Positions 1-9,528 of a DNA stretch of 64,000 nucleotides are shown here, one piece after another (positions within the stretch are counted from its first letter, which is position 1; every line of letters begins with the position of its first letter). Source of the DNA: an uncultured Bacteroidales bacterium (GTDB taxonomy: Bacteria > Bacteroidota > Bacteroidia > Bacteroidales > UBA10428); the NCBI GenBank assembly GCA_963748095.1, contig CAVVIO010000023.1, positions 42,518 to 106,517 on the forward strand, read 5' to 3'. The notes beneath the pieces were generated by a model. That model searched no databases, was not told the DNA's origin, and saw only the letters and a list, made by a program, of their open reading frames with translations. A program made the position numbers and the translations under genes.

Positions 1-434
1 GTATTGAGATATTTTCCAATAAAAAAGAAATGTCAGCACAAAACCGAATAGTTGCTTTAAGACCAAATCAGCAGGTAACTTTTGTAACGAATAGTGCTGG
101 CGAAATAAATGTGGTAAAAGAAGCTGAGAAACAAAATCTTAAACCAGTATTAGCTTTAAAACCCATCAAGCTTGACAAACATATAGACGTTACTCCGGTT
201 ATTGCATGGAAAGATAACCGGCTGGTATTCAGGGATGAAAATTTTAATGTTTTGGCAAGGCGACTGGAACGTTGGTATAATGTCGAAATTGAAATAAAAG
301 ATGACAATTTAAAAACCGCTTTATTCTCAGGTATATTTGTAAATGAAACCGTCGAACAGGCACTTAATGCTTTAAAATTAGCGACCCCTTTCAAATACGA
401 AATGAAGAAAAATCATATTACAATATATAAATAA
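1..434 (+). CDS. FecR-family anti-sigma factor, C-terminal part (gene begins upstream of the window)
   Basis: The frame is open from base 3 with no stop, so the listed Met at 30 is internal. The block 'RLVFRDENFNVLARRLERWYNVEIEI' is typical of FecR C-terminal domains that precede STN-domain SusC genes. Confidence 0.75.
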   Translation, partial: IEIFSNKKEMSAQNRIVALRPNQQVTFVTNSAGEINVVKEAEKQNLKPVLALKPIKLDKHIDVTPVIAWKDNRLVFRDENFNVLARRLERWYNVEIEIKDDNLKTALFSGIFVNETVEQALNALKLATPFKYEMKKNHITIYK

Positions 435-584
435 CGACTCTTAACCTACTACTAACCTAAAATTTATTAATGCCTATGGGATAAACTTAAAAAAGTAACA
501 AAAAACGAAATGGGAAATACTGCTAATATTCCCCATCTCAAAAAAATGCAATTAACTTATTTATTTTACATAAAACCCAAAATT

Positions 585-3500
585 ATGAAAAAACTTCAAA
601 CTAAACCTAGAGGTAAGCAATATTATTGCCTCAAAAAATCATTATTAACTATGAAACTAACCTTGCTTATACTACTGATTAATCTGATTCAGGTTAATGC
701 ATCGGTATTTTCACAAAACGAGCGGTTTTCTTTCAAATTAGATAAAGTAAATGTTCGGGATTTGCTTGACATAATCGAAACGGAAAGTAATTATAAATTT
801 CTGTATCGTAGTGATAACTTATCGAATGATATTGTTAAGCTTCATGTGAAAGATGCAAATTTACAGGAATTACTGAATAAAGCATTTGAAAACACAGATA
901 TAACATATAAAATACTGGAGGATAAACTCGTAGTTGTTGCCCCCAGGAATTTTACTGAATCAATTCAACAACAGAAGATTTCAGGTACTGTCACAGATGC
1001 AAATACGAATGAACCCCTTATAGGTGTTAATGTTCTTATTGAAGGTACTACAATTGGAACAACCACTGATATTAATGGGAAATATACACTTGACGTACCT
1101 GATGCCAGTGCCACCTTAACATTTTCATTTATCGGGTATGTTTCCGAAAAAGTTCAGTTAAGCGGACAAACAACTTTGAATATTAATCTGGTTCCTGATA
1201 TTAAGGAGCTTGACCAGGTTGTTGTTATTGGTTATGGTACTGCTAAGAAGAGTGATATTTCCGGAGCTGTTGTTTCTGTTAACACAGAAGAAATGTTGAA
1301 AAGAAATCCTACGAACGTTTTAGACGGTTTAAAAGGACAGGCCGCGGGTGTAATGATTTCATCACAAGACGGAGCCCCGGATGCAAACGCAGCCATCCGT
1401 ATTCGAGGGGTTGGTACTATTAACGGTGTCGCCGATCCGTTGTATGTTATAGATGGCGTACCATTACGTCAAAGCGCCGTAATAAATAATTCAACAGTAA
1501 ATGGTGTATCGACACTGAAAGGTTTAAACGCCAATTTTCTTAACCCCAATGACATAGAGAGTATTGAAGTATTGAAAGATGCTTCTGCTACTGCTATATA
1601 CGGTGCAGCCGGGGCTAATGGTGTTATCCTGATTACTACGAAACATGGTAAGGCAGGTGCTACACAAATTACTTTTTCAGCAGACTATGGAGTCCAGACT
1701 TTAGCAAGGACATTAGATGTTGGAGATGTAGATCAATATGCAAAAAATATACGTGCAGCACGCGCAAGCGATGGTGGAGTTTTAGCTAATCAAATTTGGG
1801 CTGAACAATATGACGGACAAAGAAAGAACATTGACTGGCAAAAGGAAATGACACGCGTTACTCTTAAACAGCAATATAATCTTTCTGCTTCAGGAGGTAC
1901 GGAAAAGACCCAGGCCAGCCTTTCATTCGGTTATTTGAATAATGACGGTATTGTTATCAATACGAATATGAATCGTTTAACCGGTCGTGCTAATATAACT
2001 AGCAAAGTAACTGACTTCCTTGAGGTCGGTAGTGATCTCAATTTTATCCATACAGAATCATACGGTAGTAATGGAACTGTCGGTAATAACGGTAATCTTT
2101 CTTCTGTCCGTGATTGGGCGTTCACAGCTCCCACTATGGATTATGTAGACCCGTTGACTAATCAAATAGTAAGTCCTAACGTTGTAAACCCGGACGGGAC
2201 TTATGGCGCTCCTGAACAAGGTGATGTAGGTTCAAACGATGCAAATTTGGGAAATAACATTTATGCTACACAAATGGAAAATACTGGTAAAACCAAAAAT
2301 AACGAGGTACTTTTCAGTGCTCATGCCAATATTAAATTGTTTAAGGGTTTAACTTTCAGATCAATAGCATCTTATAATTTTACCGCAAACAATTGGTATA
2401 ACTTTTGGGGCAACAAAAAACGTTACTTTCCTGATGGGACAGAAGTTAAATTGTTTAATTACGATTCCAAATATTATTTAGGAATCAACAATAGCAATTA
2501 TAACAATCTTGCTCTTGAAAATTATTTGACTTACAATTGGGCGAATGATATTCATAATTTGACTTTAATGGCCGGTAATTCTGTAACCAAAGGCTTCGGA
2601 AACTGGAGTTATGTTGCTGGAAATGATTTCCCCGGGGATAACATCCGTGATGTTAGTCTGACTAATAATCCTGTTACAAGAACCGGTCTTGGTGCTTATA
2701 ACCTTCAATCTCATGGATTATCTTATTTTGGTCGTCTTCAATATATTTTGAAGGATCGTTATATCTTAACAGGTACTATGCGTCGTGATGGTTCTTCTAA
2801 CTTCGGTGCCGATAACCGTTGGGGTAATTTCCCGTCAGTAGCTGCTGCATGGCGTATTTCAGAAGAGGGTTTTATGAAAAACATTTCAGCTATCAGTAAT
2901 TTGAAACTTCGGCTTGGCTGGGGTCAGACAGGTAACTCCGGAGGTCCAACAAATCTATCTGTTACAGCATTGACTACAGCTCAAATTCAATATTTTTATT
3001 ATGGACAGAATGGACAAGCAGGTTTGAATACTACAAGACTATTAGCTACCGGTTATGCTCCTACATTAACTGATCCCAGGTTGAAATGGGAGACCAATGA
3101 ACAAAGTAACGTCGGTATTGACCTGGGGCTATTATCTAATAGTTTGAGTATAACCGTGGATTATTTCTTAAGGTCATCTAAAGATCTGTTGTTGTTCATG
3201 AATATACGCCCTTCTTCCGGTTATGACAAGGTATACACCAACTACGGTGAAATTCAGAATAAAGGTATTGAATTCAGCGTAAACTATAAGAAGCAAATTA
3301 ATAGTGATTGGAATGTTAGTGCCACATTAACAGGTTCTTCTTTAAAAAACAAAATTATAAAAATCGGTACTGATCAGTTCTTTGAAAACTCATCATGGAA
3401 TAATAATCTTAGTCCTGACGGTTCCAATGTAGCTGCAGTAGGTGCTACTTCAGGCACGTACTGGAACGGTCACTCTATAATGCGCGAAGGTTACGCCGTA

Positions 3501-4220
3501 GGTTCTTTCTGGGGTTACGAGGTAGAGGGTATATACCAAACTCAGGCCGAAATAGATGCTGCCAACGCTGCTGCTATAGCTGCAGGTCACCCTGGAGGAT
3601 ACAATAATGGGTCAGCGACTGTTCCTGGTGATTTTAAGTATAAAGACCTTAATGGTGATGGATTTATTGATGATATGGATAGGACTGTCTTAGGTAATGG
3701 TTTTCCTAAATTAAACTACGGTTTGAACTTAAACACTTCTTATAAGAATTGGGATATCTCAATTTACACTTATGGAGTAGCTGGAGCAAAAATCTATTCT
3801 TACTCGGCAATGACATTATCTAACATGTTCGCGAGTGATAATGGCACTACTCCTAACGTCTTAACAGAGGTTGCAAATTCTGCCTGGACTCCAGAAAATC
3901 ATAGCACTACAATGTCCAGATTGTCAATACTGGATTTGAATTACAACATGCGTGGTTCTGACAAATGGGTTAAAAAAGGTGATTATCTGAAAATCGGTAA
4001 TGTTCAGGTTGGTTATACTTTCAACAAAAACCTGTTGAATCCATTACGCATTGAAAGTGCACGTCTTTACGTTTCTGTTCAAAACGTAGCCTGCTTCTCC
4101 AGTTACAACAAATATGGCGATCCTGAAGCAGGACAGGGAAGTGTGCTCTTTACCGGTTTGGATACAGGCCGTTACCCTTACCCACGTATTTATTCAGTGG
4201 GTTTGAACGTTCAATTTTAA
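585..4220 (+). CDS. SusC/RagA-family TonB-linked outer membrane protein with N-terminal STN signalling domain
   Basis: Signal peptide 'MKLTLLILLINLIQVNASVFSQ'. STN-like block 'VRDLLDIIETESNYKFLY'. CarboxypepD_reg block 'ISGTVTDANTNEPLIGVNVLIEGT'. Plug block 'IESIEVLKDASATAIYGAAGANGVILITTK'. C-terminal 'YSVGLNVQF'. The ATG at 585 (MKKLQTKPRGK...) is preferred over the listed 510 start. Confidence 0.93.
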   Translation: MKKLQTKPRGKQYYCLKKSLLTMKLTLLILLINLIQVNASVFSQNERFSFKLDKVNVRDLLDIIETESNYKFLYRSDNLSNDIVKLHVKDANLQELLNKAFENTDITYKILEDKLVVVAPRNFTESIQQQKISGTVTDANTNEPLIGVNVLIEGTTIGTTTDINGKYTLDVPDASATLTFSFIGYVSEKVQLSGQTTLNINLVPDIKELDQVVVIGYGTAKKSDISGAVVSVNTEEMLKRNPTNVLDGLKGQAAGVMISSQDGAPDANAAIRIRGVGTINGVADPLYVIDGVPLRQSAVINNSTVNGVSTLKGLNANFLNPNDIESIEVLKDASATAIYGAAGANGVILITTKHGKAGATQITFSADYGVQTLARTLDVGDVDQYAKNIRAARASDGGVLANQIWAEQYDGQRKNIDWQKEMTRVTLKQQYNLSASGGTEKTQASLSFGYLNNDGIVINTNMNRLTGRANITSKVTDFLEVGSDLNFIHTESYGSNGTVGNNGNLSSVRDWAFTAPTMDYVDPLTNQIVSPNVVNPDGTYGAPEQGDVGSNDANLGNNIYATQMENTGKTKNNEVLFSAHANIKLFKGLTFRSIASYNFTANNWYNFWGNKKRYFPDGTEVKLFNYDSKYYLGINNSNYNNLALENYLTYNWANDIHNLTLMAGNSVTKGFGNWSYVAGNDFPGDNIRDVSLTNNPVTRTGLGAYNLQSHGLSYFGRLQYILKDRYILTGTMRRDGSSNFGADNRWGNFPSVAAAWRISEEGFMKNISAISNLKLRLGWGQTGNSGGPTNLSVTALTTAQIQYFYYGQNGQAGLNTTRLLATGYAPTLTDPRLKWETNEQSNVGIDLGLLSNSLSITVDYFLRSSKDLLLFMNIRPSSGYDKVYTNYGEIQNKGIEFSVNYKKQINSDWNVSATLTGSSLKNKIIKIGTDQFFENSSWNNNLSPDGSNVAAVGATSGTYWNGHSIMREGYAVGSFWGYEVEGIYQTQAEIDAANAAAIAAGHPGGYNNGSATVPGDFKYKDLNGDGFIDDMDRTVLGNGFPKLNYGLNLNTSYKNWDISIYTYGVAGAKIYSYSAMTLSNMFASDNGTTPNVLTEVANSAWTPENHSTTMSRLSILDLNYNMRGSDKWVKKGDYLKIGNVQVGYTFNKNLLNPLRIESARLYVSVQNVACFSSYNKYGDPEAGQGSVLFTGLDTGRYPYPRIYSVGLNVQF

Positions 4221-4246
4221 TTGTTACACTTTAAAACATTAATGTT

Positions 4247-6076
4247 ATGAAAAAAATATCAAAAATATTATATACGCTTACCGGTGTGTTATTCCTGTTA
4301 GGAATAAACTCCTGCAAAAAGGACTATTTGTCGGTGGATCACTATTCCATTTTAGCTGCCGATCAAATGTTTAAGTCAGACGCTGATGCTAAAGCTGGTC
4401 TTGTTGGTTGTTACACTATGATGCTTCCGACAAATACCGACGGAGACTGGGGTATCAAACCGAACCTGTTTATAGGTGGCCACCCAACAATGGATACCCA
4501 GGCAACAGGATGGGACAAAAACTGGAACCAGCAAAAATGGAATCCAGGAACCCCGGAACTATTAAGCGGTTGGAAACAAGCCTATATAGCAATTTCCCGT
4601 TGTAACGATTTCCTGGCCGGTCTTGCTACTGCAGAGAATATTACACCTTCTGTAAAAACTTCACTTGATGGCCAGGCCAGGGGTATTCGTGCTTTTTTCT
4701 ATATGTGGCTGGCAAAAGCTTTCGGTCGTGTACCTATGCTGGCAACAGGCGAAACTTATATTAACACACCGGCAAAGGCCCGTGCGAAAGATTTTGCAGA
4801 AATGTGGGATTTCATCATTGATGATTTGAAAGCAGCAGTTGACGAACTTGGCTGGGATCCAATGGATGGACAGTATGGACGTATTACCAAAGGTTTTGCC
4901 CTTTCATACCTGGGAGAAGCTTACATGTGGAAAGCATATCGTGTTCCTGCAGAAGCTGATGCAAACTACACTTTAGCAGCAGCTGCCTTATTACAGGTTA
5001 TTCAGAGCGGTAAATACGAATTAAATCCTTCTTTTACCACATTGTGGGATCCGGGAGCTGTATGGACAAAAGAATGTATTTGGGAAGAAGTTCTTGACGA
5101 AGGTTCACAATGGGACCAATGGTCCAATCTATCCCAGGCTCACAACTGGATGATCCATTTTGTAGCCCCTCCGTCTATCGGTGGATGGGGTACCTTGTAC
5201 CTCTCATGGGAATGGTGGAGTTCATATGAACCAGGAGATAAACGTCGTGAAGCTTCTGCAGCTACCGGTGCTGTCAAAGATATCAACCCTGCGTGGAAAT
5301 CTGCCACAAACTATGGGTACAATCCTTATCTGCAGCAGAGCTATACAGTTGGCGATTCATTAAATACCCATTATCACTTTTTAATGGGTGGTGAAGCTGC
5401 TCCTTCTATCTGGACTTTGAAATATTACCGTACAACCCTTGCAAACTATACGGCACCATGGGGACCTCAACAGATTTATTACAAACGTTATTCAAATGTT
5501 TTGTTAGACTACGCAGAATGCCTGTTCCATTTGAATGGTGGCAATGATGCAACTGCCTGGGGCTATATTAAGCAAATTCGTGATCGTGCCTGGGGTAATC
5601 TGGAAGTTGGTAAAGAAGCTGCTTTAACTGCTACTTACCTTCCTTATTATCAAAACATAACTCAATTCTTTACAGATAAAGGCGTTACAACGAGTATGGT
5701 AAAGCCTACTACTTATCCTCTTCCATTTAATACAGCCACAGTGACTGTTCCTGATGCGCAGACTTATTATACCGCGTTAAAAGCTACTAAAGGTTTTACT
5801 TCTCCGGTATGGTTGGTAGCTTTGGGTATGGAACGTCGTAAAGAATTCAATGCCGAATGGTGTCTTGCACAGGATTTGGTACGTTCTGGCTTTATAGAAG
5901 ATCACATTACACACAATTATCCAAAAGGGGTAGGTAGTGCGGATCCTAATGCTATACAAGATGATTGGCATACTTACCGTAATTTTGATTTCGATCTTCA
6001 AAGGATGGATATGCCTATTCCAACAGACGAGATATTGAAAAATCCTTTGTGCGATCAAAATGATGCTTACAAATAA
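4247..6076 (+). CDS. SusD/RagB-family nutrient-binding outer membrane lipoprotein
   Basis: Lies immediately downstream of SusC. Lipobox 'LLGINSCKKDY'. SusD-like 'ALGMERRKEFNAEW' block. Length is typical of the family. Confidence 0.9.
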   Translation: MKKISKILYTLTGVLFLLGINSCKKDYLSVDHYSILAADQMFKSDADAKAGLVGCYTMMLPTNTDGDWGIKPNLFIGGHPTMDTQATGWDKNWNQQKWNPGTPELLSGWKQAYIAISRCNDFLAGLATAENITPSVKTSLDGQARGIRAFFYMWLAKAFGRVPMLATGETYINTPAKARAKDFAEMWDFIIDDLKAAVDELGWDPMDGQYGRITKGFALSYLGEAYMWKAYRVPAEADANYTLAAAALLQVIQSGKYELNPSFTTLWDPGAVWTKECIWEEVLDEGSQWDQWSNLSQAHNWMIHFVAPPSIGGWGTLYLSWEWWSSYEPGDKRREASAATGAVKDINPAWKSATNYGYNPYLQQSYTVGDSLNTHYHFLMGGEAAPSIWTLKYYRTTLANYTAPWGPQQIYYKRYSNVLLDYAECLFHLNGGNDATAWGYIKQIRDRAWGNLEVGKEAALTATYLPYYQNITQFFTDKGVTTSMVKPTTYPLPFNTATVTVPDAQTYYTALKATKGFTSPVWLVALGMERRKEFNAEWCLAQDLVRSGFIEDHITHNYPKGVGSADPNAIQDDWHTYRNFDFDLQRMDMPIPTDEILKNPLCDQNDAYK

Positions 6077-6120
6077 TAATAGGTTACATTTTTAGTAATA
6101 GTTACTTGATATTGTAAGGG

Positions 6121-6154
6121 GAAGGGAATACTCAATTGTATTCCCTTCTTTCTT
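6121..6154 (+). terminator. Intrinsic terminator after susD
   Basis: Perfect 11-bp stem gaagggaatac / gtattcccttc with loop tcaatt, followed by tttctt. Confidence 0.6.
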
Positions 6155-6311
6155 ATTATACACTACTACCTGTCTTCTTTTAATTCTTTATAAACAACAT
6201 TAAATATGGAGTGTATACGTTCAGTGATTGAGTTTTTTGTAACTTTTTGTATAGGTTGTCAAAAAGTTTGTTAAATTTCAGATTCTTGACTTTTATAAAT
6301 AATTGTATTTC

Positions 6312-7617
6312 ATGAAAAAATTAATTCTTTTATCTGCATTATTTTTTATAGGCGCAATTGGCTTTAATAATGGATGGCTCAAAGCTCAGGATGATTGTGC
6401 TACGGAACCTCGTGGCAAAATGATTCCCTGGGAGAAAGGAGCCTGGGTTACGGGGAAATATCGGAATGTATTTCTCGATGCCGGCTATAGCCAGAAAGAT
6501 ATAGATGCAAAACTCGCTAAGGCATATTACGATGTTTTTGAGGGACCCAACAGGGTGTATTTTGAAGTTGGGGATTCAATGGGTTACGTATCCGATTTGA
6601 AAAACCATGATGCCCGGACAGAGGGGCTTTCTTACGGTATGATGGTAGCTGTTCAGCTTAATAAAAAGGAAGTGTTTGACCGCTTATGGCGCTGGACCAA
6701 AAAGAATATGCAACACCAGGGTGGCCCGAGAGATGCTTATTTTGCCTGGAGCGTTAATCCAAAAACATTAAAACATAATTCTGAAGGGTCTGCATCCGAT
6801 GGTGAATTGTATTTTGTTACCGATTTACTGTTTGCCTCCAACCGCTGGGGAAACAATACGGGGATTAATTATTACGCCGAAGCAAGAAGAATTTTGGATG
6901 CCATGTGGTCAAAGAATGGTACCGACGGTGTAATGAATGTGATTAACGTGGAACATAAAATAATTACTTTCACACCAGATAAATTTGGTTATAAATGGAC
7001 TGATCCGTCATACAATTTGGCAGCCTTTTTCGAAATATGGGCAGCGTATGCCAAAGATGGTCAACGAACAATTCTACAGGGATTGTGCTGATTCTGCAAG
7101 AGCCTTGCTTCACAGGGCATGTAATCCTGTTACAGGTTTAAATGCTGATCTTACCGAGTTTAGCGGTGTGCCTCGTTCTTCGCCCTGGATGCCGGCAGCA
7201 TTCCGTTACGATTCATGGAGAGTGCCTATGAATATTGCCATGGATTATTCCTGGTTTGCCAAAGATAAAAAATGGCAACAAACTTATGCAGAACATCTTC
7301 AGGATTTTCTTTACAGTAAAGGAATTGATGATTTTGAAGATCAGTTTAATTTGGATGGTTCAAAACCTGATTTTATTCTTCAGGCTGGAGGCTATAAAAA
7401 ATTGCGTCATTCACTCGGATTGGTTGCAACTTCTGCAGCTGCTTCAATTATGGGAACACAATGCATAAGCTGGAAATTTGTGGATGCTTTGTGGAATGCA
7501 AAACTGGAACCATATTCCGATGGATATTTCGATCCCTATTACGATGGGCTGTTGTATCTTTTCAGTATAATGCACTTAAGTGGGAATTACAGAATAATAA
7601 CTCCGGATTTAAAATAA
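6312..7617 (+). pseudogene. Glycoside hydrolase family 8 (Rex-like exo-oligoxylanase type), interrupted by a +1 frameshift
   Basis: ORFs 6303-7091 and 6985-7617 are the N- and C-terminal halves of one GH8 protein. 'ARTEGLSYGMMVAV' is present, 'ASDGELYFVTDLLFASNRW' is a near match to the GH8 signature, and 'YDSWRVPMNIAMDY' is present. The reading frame changes between '...EIWAAYAKDG' and 'NEQFYRDCADSARALL', at about 7040-7062. Removing 1 nt gives a protein of about 434 aa. Confidence 0.85.
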
Positions 7618-7672
7618 CCTGTATAGATATTAACTTGTTCTGTTATTCAGTGTGAGTTTGAGTCTGAGGAAA

Positions 7673-7740
7673 AAAACAGTTTGGAGTGTGAATTTATCGC
7701 TCTTGCGCTCTTGCTCAAAACTCACACTCCAAACTGTTTT
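7673..7740 (-). terminator. Array hairpin 1 (terminator-like on the minus strand)
   Basis: Perfect 19-nt arms aaaacagtttggagtgtga (7673-7691) and tcacactccaaactgtttt (7722-7740) with a loop of about 30 nt containing gctcttgc twice. On the minus-strand RNA the stem is followed by U7. The right arm overlaps the stop codon of copy 1. Confidence 0.6.
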
Positions 7741-8083
7741 ATATTAATGACTTTATTAATGCATATAGCATTTTAGAAATTTCTTCCAGCATTGAGTAAA
7801 ACTTCTTGAACATTTCTTGATCTATAACTTTCTGATCAGATAAGAAATCGAAAATAGCAACACATTCGAAAGCGGATCCTCTGGCAATAATGTAGAAGTT
7901 TTTTTTATCCGGCTTAGTAAATCTACCTGATCCTTCTGCAATATTCAGCATGATACTGAAAGCAGCTCTTTCAAGCTGATCCTTTTTGTTTTTACTGATA
8001 TTAGTATGCTCTAAGAAAAATGAAACATCTCTGTTAAATAACTTTGCTTTAGAATAAACTTCTAACTTTTCAAAATCGAACAT
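7739..8083 (-). CDS. Four-helix-bundle protein (23S rRNA intervening-sequence protein / Avd-like family), copy 1, intact
   Basis: 'MFDFEKLEVYSKAKLF...[19 protein letters not shown]...[15 protein letters not shown]' matches the family pattern (EKL.VY, NIAEG, A.GS..E). The ATG at 8083 is the start shared with copy 3. An in-frame ATG at 8095 exists only in this copy. Confidence 0.85.
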   Translation of the reverse strand: MFDFEKLEVYSKAKLFNRDVSFFLEHTNISKNKKDQLERAAFSIMLNIAEGSGRFTKPDKKNFYIIARGSAFECVAIFDFLSDQKVIDQEMFKKFYSMLEEISKMLYALIKSLI

Positions 8084-8121
8084 ACTTTTCAGCATGAGTT
8101 AGAGTTTGAGTCTTGAGGAAA

Positions 8122-8183
8122 AAAACAGCTGGAGTTTGAATTTATTCTGGCTCTTGCTCAAAACTCACACTCCAAACTGTTTT
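8122..8183 (-). terminator. Array hairpin 2
   Basis: Same arms as hairpin 1. The left arm is imperfect (aaaacagctggagtttga, 1-nt deletion plus a mismatch) and the loop lacks one gctcttgc copy. Confidence 0.5.
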
Positions 8184-8529
8184 ATATTAATGACTTTATT
8201 AATGCATATAGCATTTTAGAAATTTCTTCCAGCATTGAGTAAAACTTCTTGAACATTTCTTGATCTATAACTTTCTGATCAGATAAGAAATCGAAATATA
8301 GCAACACATTCGAAAGCGGATCCTCTTGCAATAATATAGAAGTTTTTCTTATCCGGCTTGGTAAATCTTCCTGAACCTTCAGCTATATTCAGCATGATAC
8401 TGAAAGCAGCTCTTTCAAGCTGATCCTTTTTATTTTTACTGATATTCAGCATGCTCTAAGAACAAATGAAACATCTCTGTTAAATAATTTTGCTTTAGAA
8501 TAAACTTCTAACTTTTCAAAATCGAACAT
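8182..8529 (-). pseudogene. Four-helix-bundle gene, copy 2, degraded
   Basis: Aligns along its full length with copies 1 and 3 but has several indels (cgaaatatagc, gatattcagcatgctc, aagaacaaatg) and substitutions. No long ORF remains. Confidence 0.8.
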
Positions 8530-8565
8530 ATTTTAGCATGAGTTAGAGTGTGAGTCTTGAGGAAA

Positions 8566-8633
8566 AAAACAGCTTGGAGTTTGAATTTATCGCTCTTGCG
8601 CTCTTGCTCAAAACTCACACTCCAAACTGTTTT
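8566..8633 (-). terminator. Array hairpin 3
   Basis: Arms at 8566-8584 and 8615-8633, with 17 of 19 positions complementary. U-tract follows on the minus strand. Confidence 0.55.
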
Positions 8634-8976
8634 ATATTAATGACTTTATTAATGCATATAGCATTTTAGAAATTTCTTCCAGCATTGAGTAAAACTTCTT
8701 GAACATTTCTTGATCTATAACTTTCTGATCAGATAAGAAATCGAAAATAGCAACACATTCGAAAGCGGATCCTCTGGCAATAATGTAGAAGTTTTTTTTA
8801 TCCGGCTTAGTAAATCTACCTGATCCTTCTGCAATATTCAGCATGATACTGAAAGCAGCTCTTTCAAGCTGATCGTTTTTGTTTTTACTGATATTAGTAT
8901 GCTCTAAGAAAAATGAAACATCTCTGTTAAATAACTTTGCTTTAGAATAAACTTCTAACTTTTCAAAATCGAACAT
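8632..8976 (-). CDS. Four-helix-bundle protein, copy 3, intact
   Basis: 114-aa ORF. It is identical to copy 1 from MFDF onward except for one residue (SKNKK vs SKNKN). Confidence 0.85.
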   Translation of the reverse strand: MFDFEKLEVYSKAKLFNRDVSFFLEHTNISKNKNDQLERAAFSIMLNIAEGSGRFTKPDKKNFYIIARGSAFECVAIFDFLSDQKVIDQEMFKKFYSMLEEISKMLYALIKSLI

Positions 8977-9012
8977 ATTTTAGCATGAGTTAGAGTGTGA
9001 GTCTTGAGGAAA

Positions 9013-9080
9013 AAAACAGCTTGGAGTTTGAATTTATCGCTCTTGCGCTCTTGCTCAAAACTCACACTCCAAACTGTTTT
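9013..9080 (-). terminator. Array hairpin 4
   Basis: Arms at 9013-9031 and 9062-9080, with 17 of 19 positions complementary. U-tract follows on the minus strand. Confidence 0.55.
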
Positions 9081-9424
9081 ATATTAATGACTTTATTAAT
9101 GCATATAGCATTTTAGAAATTTCTTCCAGCATTGAGTAAAACTTCTTGAACATTTCTTGATCTATAACTTTCTGATCAGATAAGAAATCGAAATATAGCA
9201 ACACATTCGAAAGCGGATCCTCTGGCAATAATGTAGAAGTTTTTTTTATCCGGCTTGGTAAATCTACCTGATCCTTCTGCAATATTCAGCATGATACTGA
9301 AAGCAGCTCTTTCAAGCTGATCGTTTTTGTTTTTACTGATATTAGTATGCTCTAAGAAAAATGAAACATCTCTGTTAAATAACTTTGCTTTAGAATAAAC
9401 TTCTAACTTTTCAAAATCGAACAT
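9079..9424 (-). pseudogene. Four-helix-bundle gene, copy 4, single +1 frameshift
   Basis: Split into ORFs 9176-9424 and 9079-9282. It shares the 'cgaaaatagc' to 'cgaaatatagc' change with copy 2. Confidence 0.85.
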
Positions 9425-9460
9425 ATTTTAGCATGAGTTAGAGTGTGAGTCTTGAGGAAA

Positions 9461-9528
9461 AAAACAGCTTGGAGTTTGAATTTATCGCTCTTGCGCTCTT
9501 GCTCAAAACTCACACTCCAAACTGTTTT
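9461..9528 (-). terminator. Array hairpin 5, directly downstream of tRNA-Arg
   Basis: Arms at 9461-9479 and 9510-9528. The hairpin begins 2 nt after the tRNA discriminator base. Confidence 0.55.

Noticed and set aside
68-394. Antisense and embedded ORFs in the track. Examples: 68-394, 1931-2134, 10331-10621, 28128-28490, 30708-31052, 30995-31438, 32449-32814, 37194-37702, 53446-53942, 54581-54943, 55322-55705
   Set aside because: All lie inside, and mostly antisense to, genes with strong conserved motifs. Their translations are low-complexity and motif-free. I treat them as the long spurious ORFs that occur by chance antisense to real genes.
510-584. Upstream start codon (510) for SusC
   Set aside because: The extension 'MGNTANIPHLKKMQLTYLFYIKPKI' has no signal-peptide character. 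The ATG at 585 gives the usual basic N-terminus followed by the signal peptide for anti-sigma-coupled SusC proteins.
7739-9424. Diversity-generating retroelement, because the protein family includes Avd
   Set aside because: No reverse transcriptase gene is present in the window. Differences between copies are scattered indels and mixed substitutions, not adenine-specific TR/VR-type changes.
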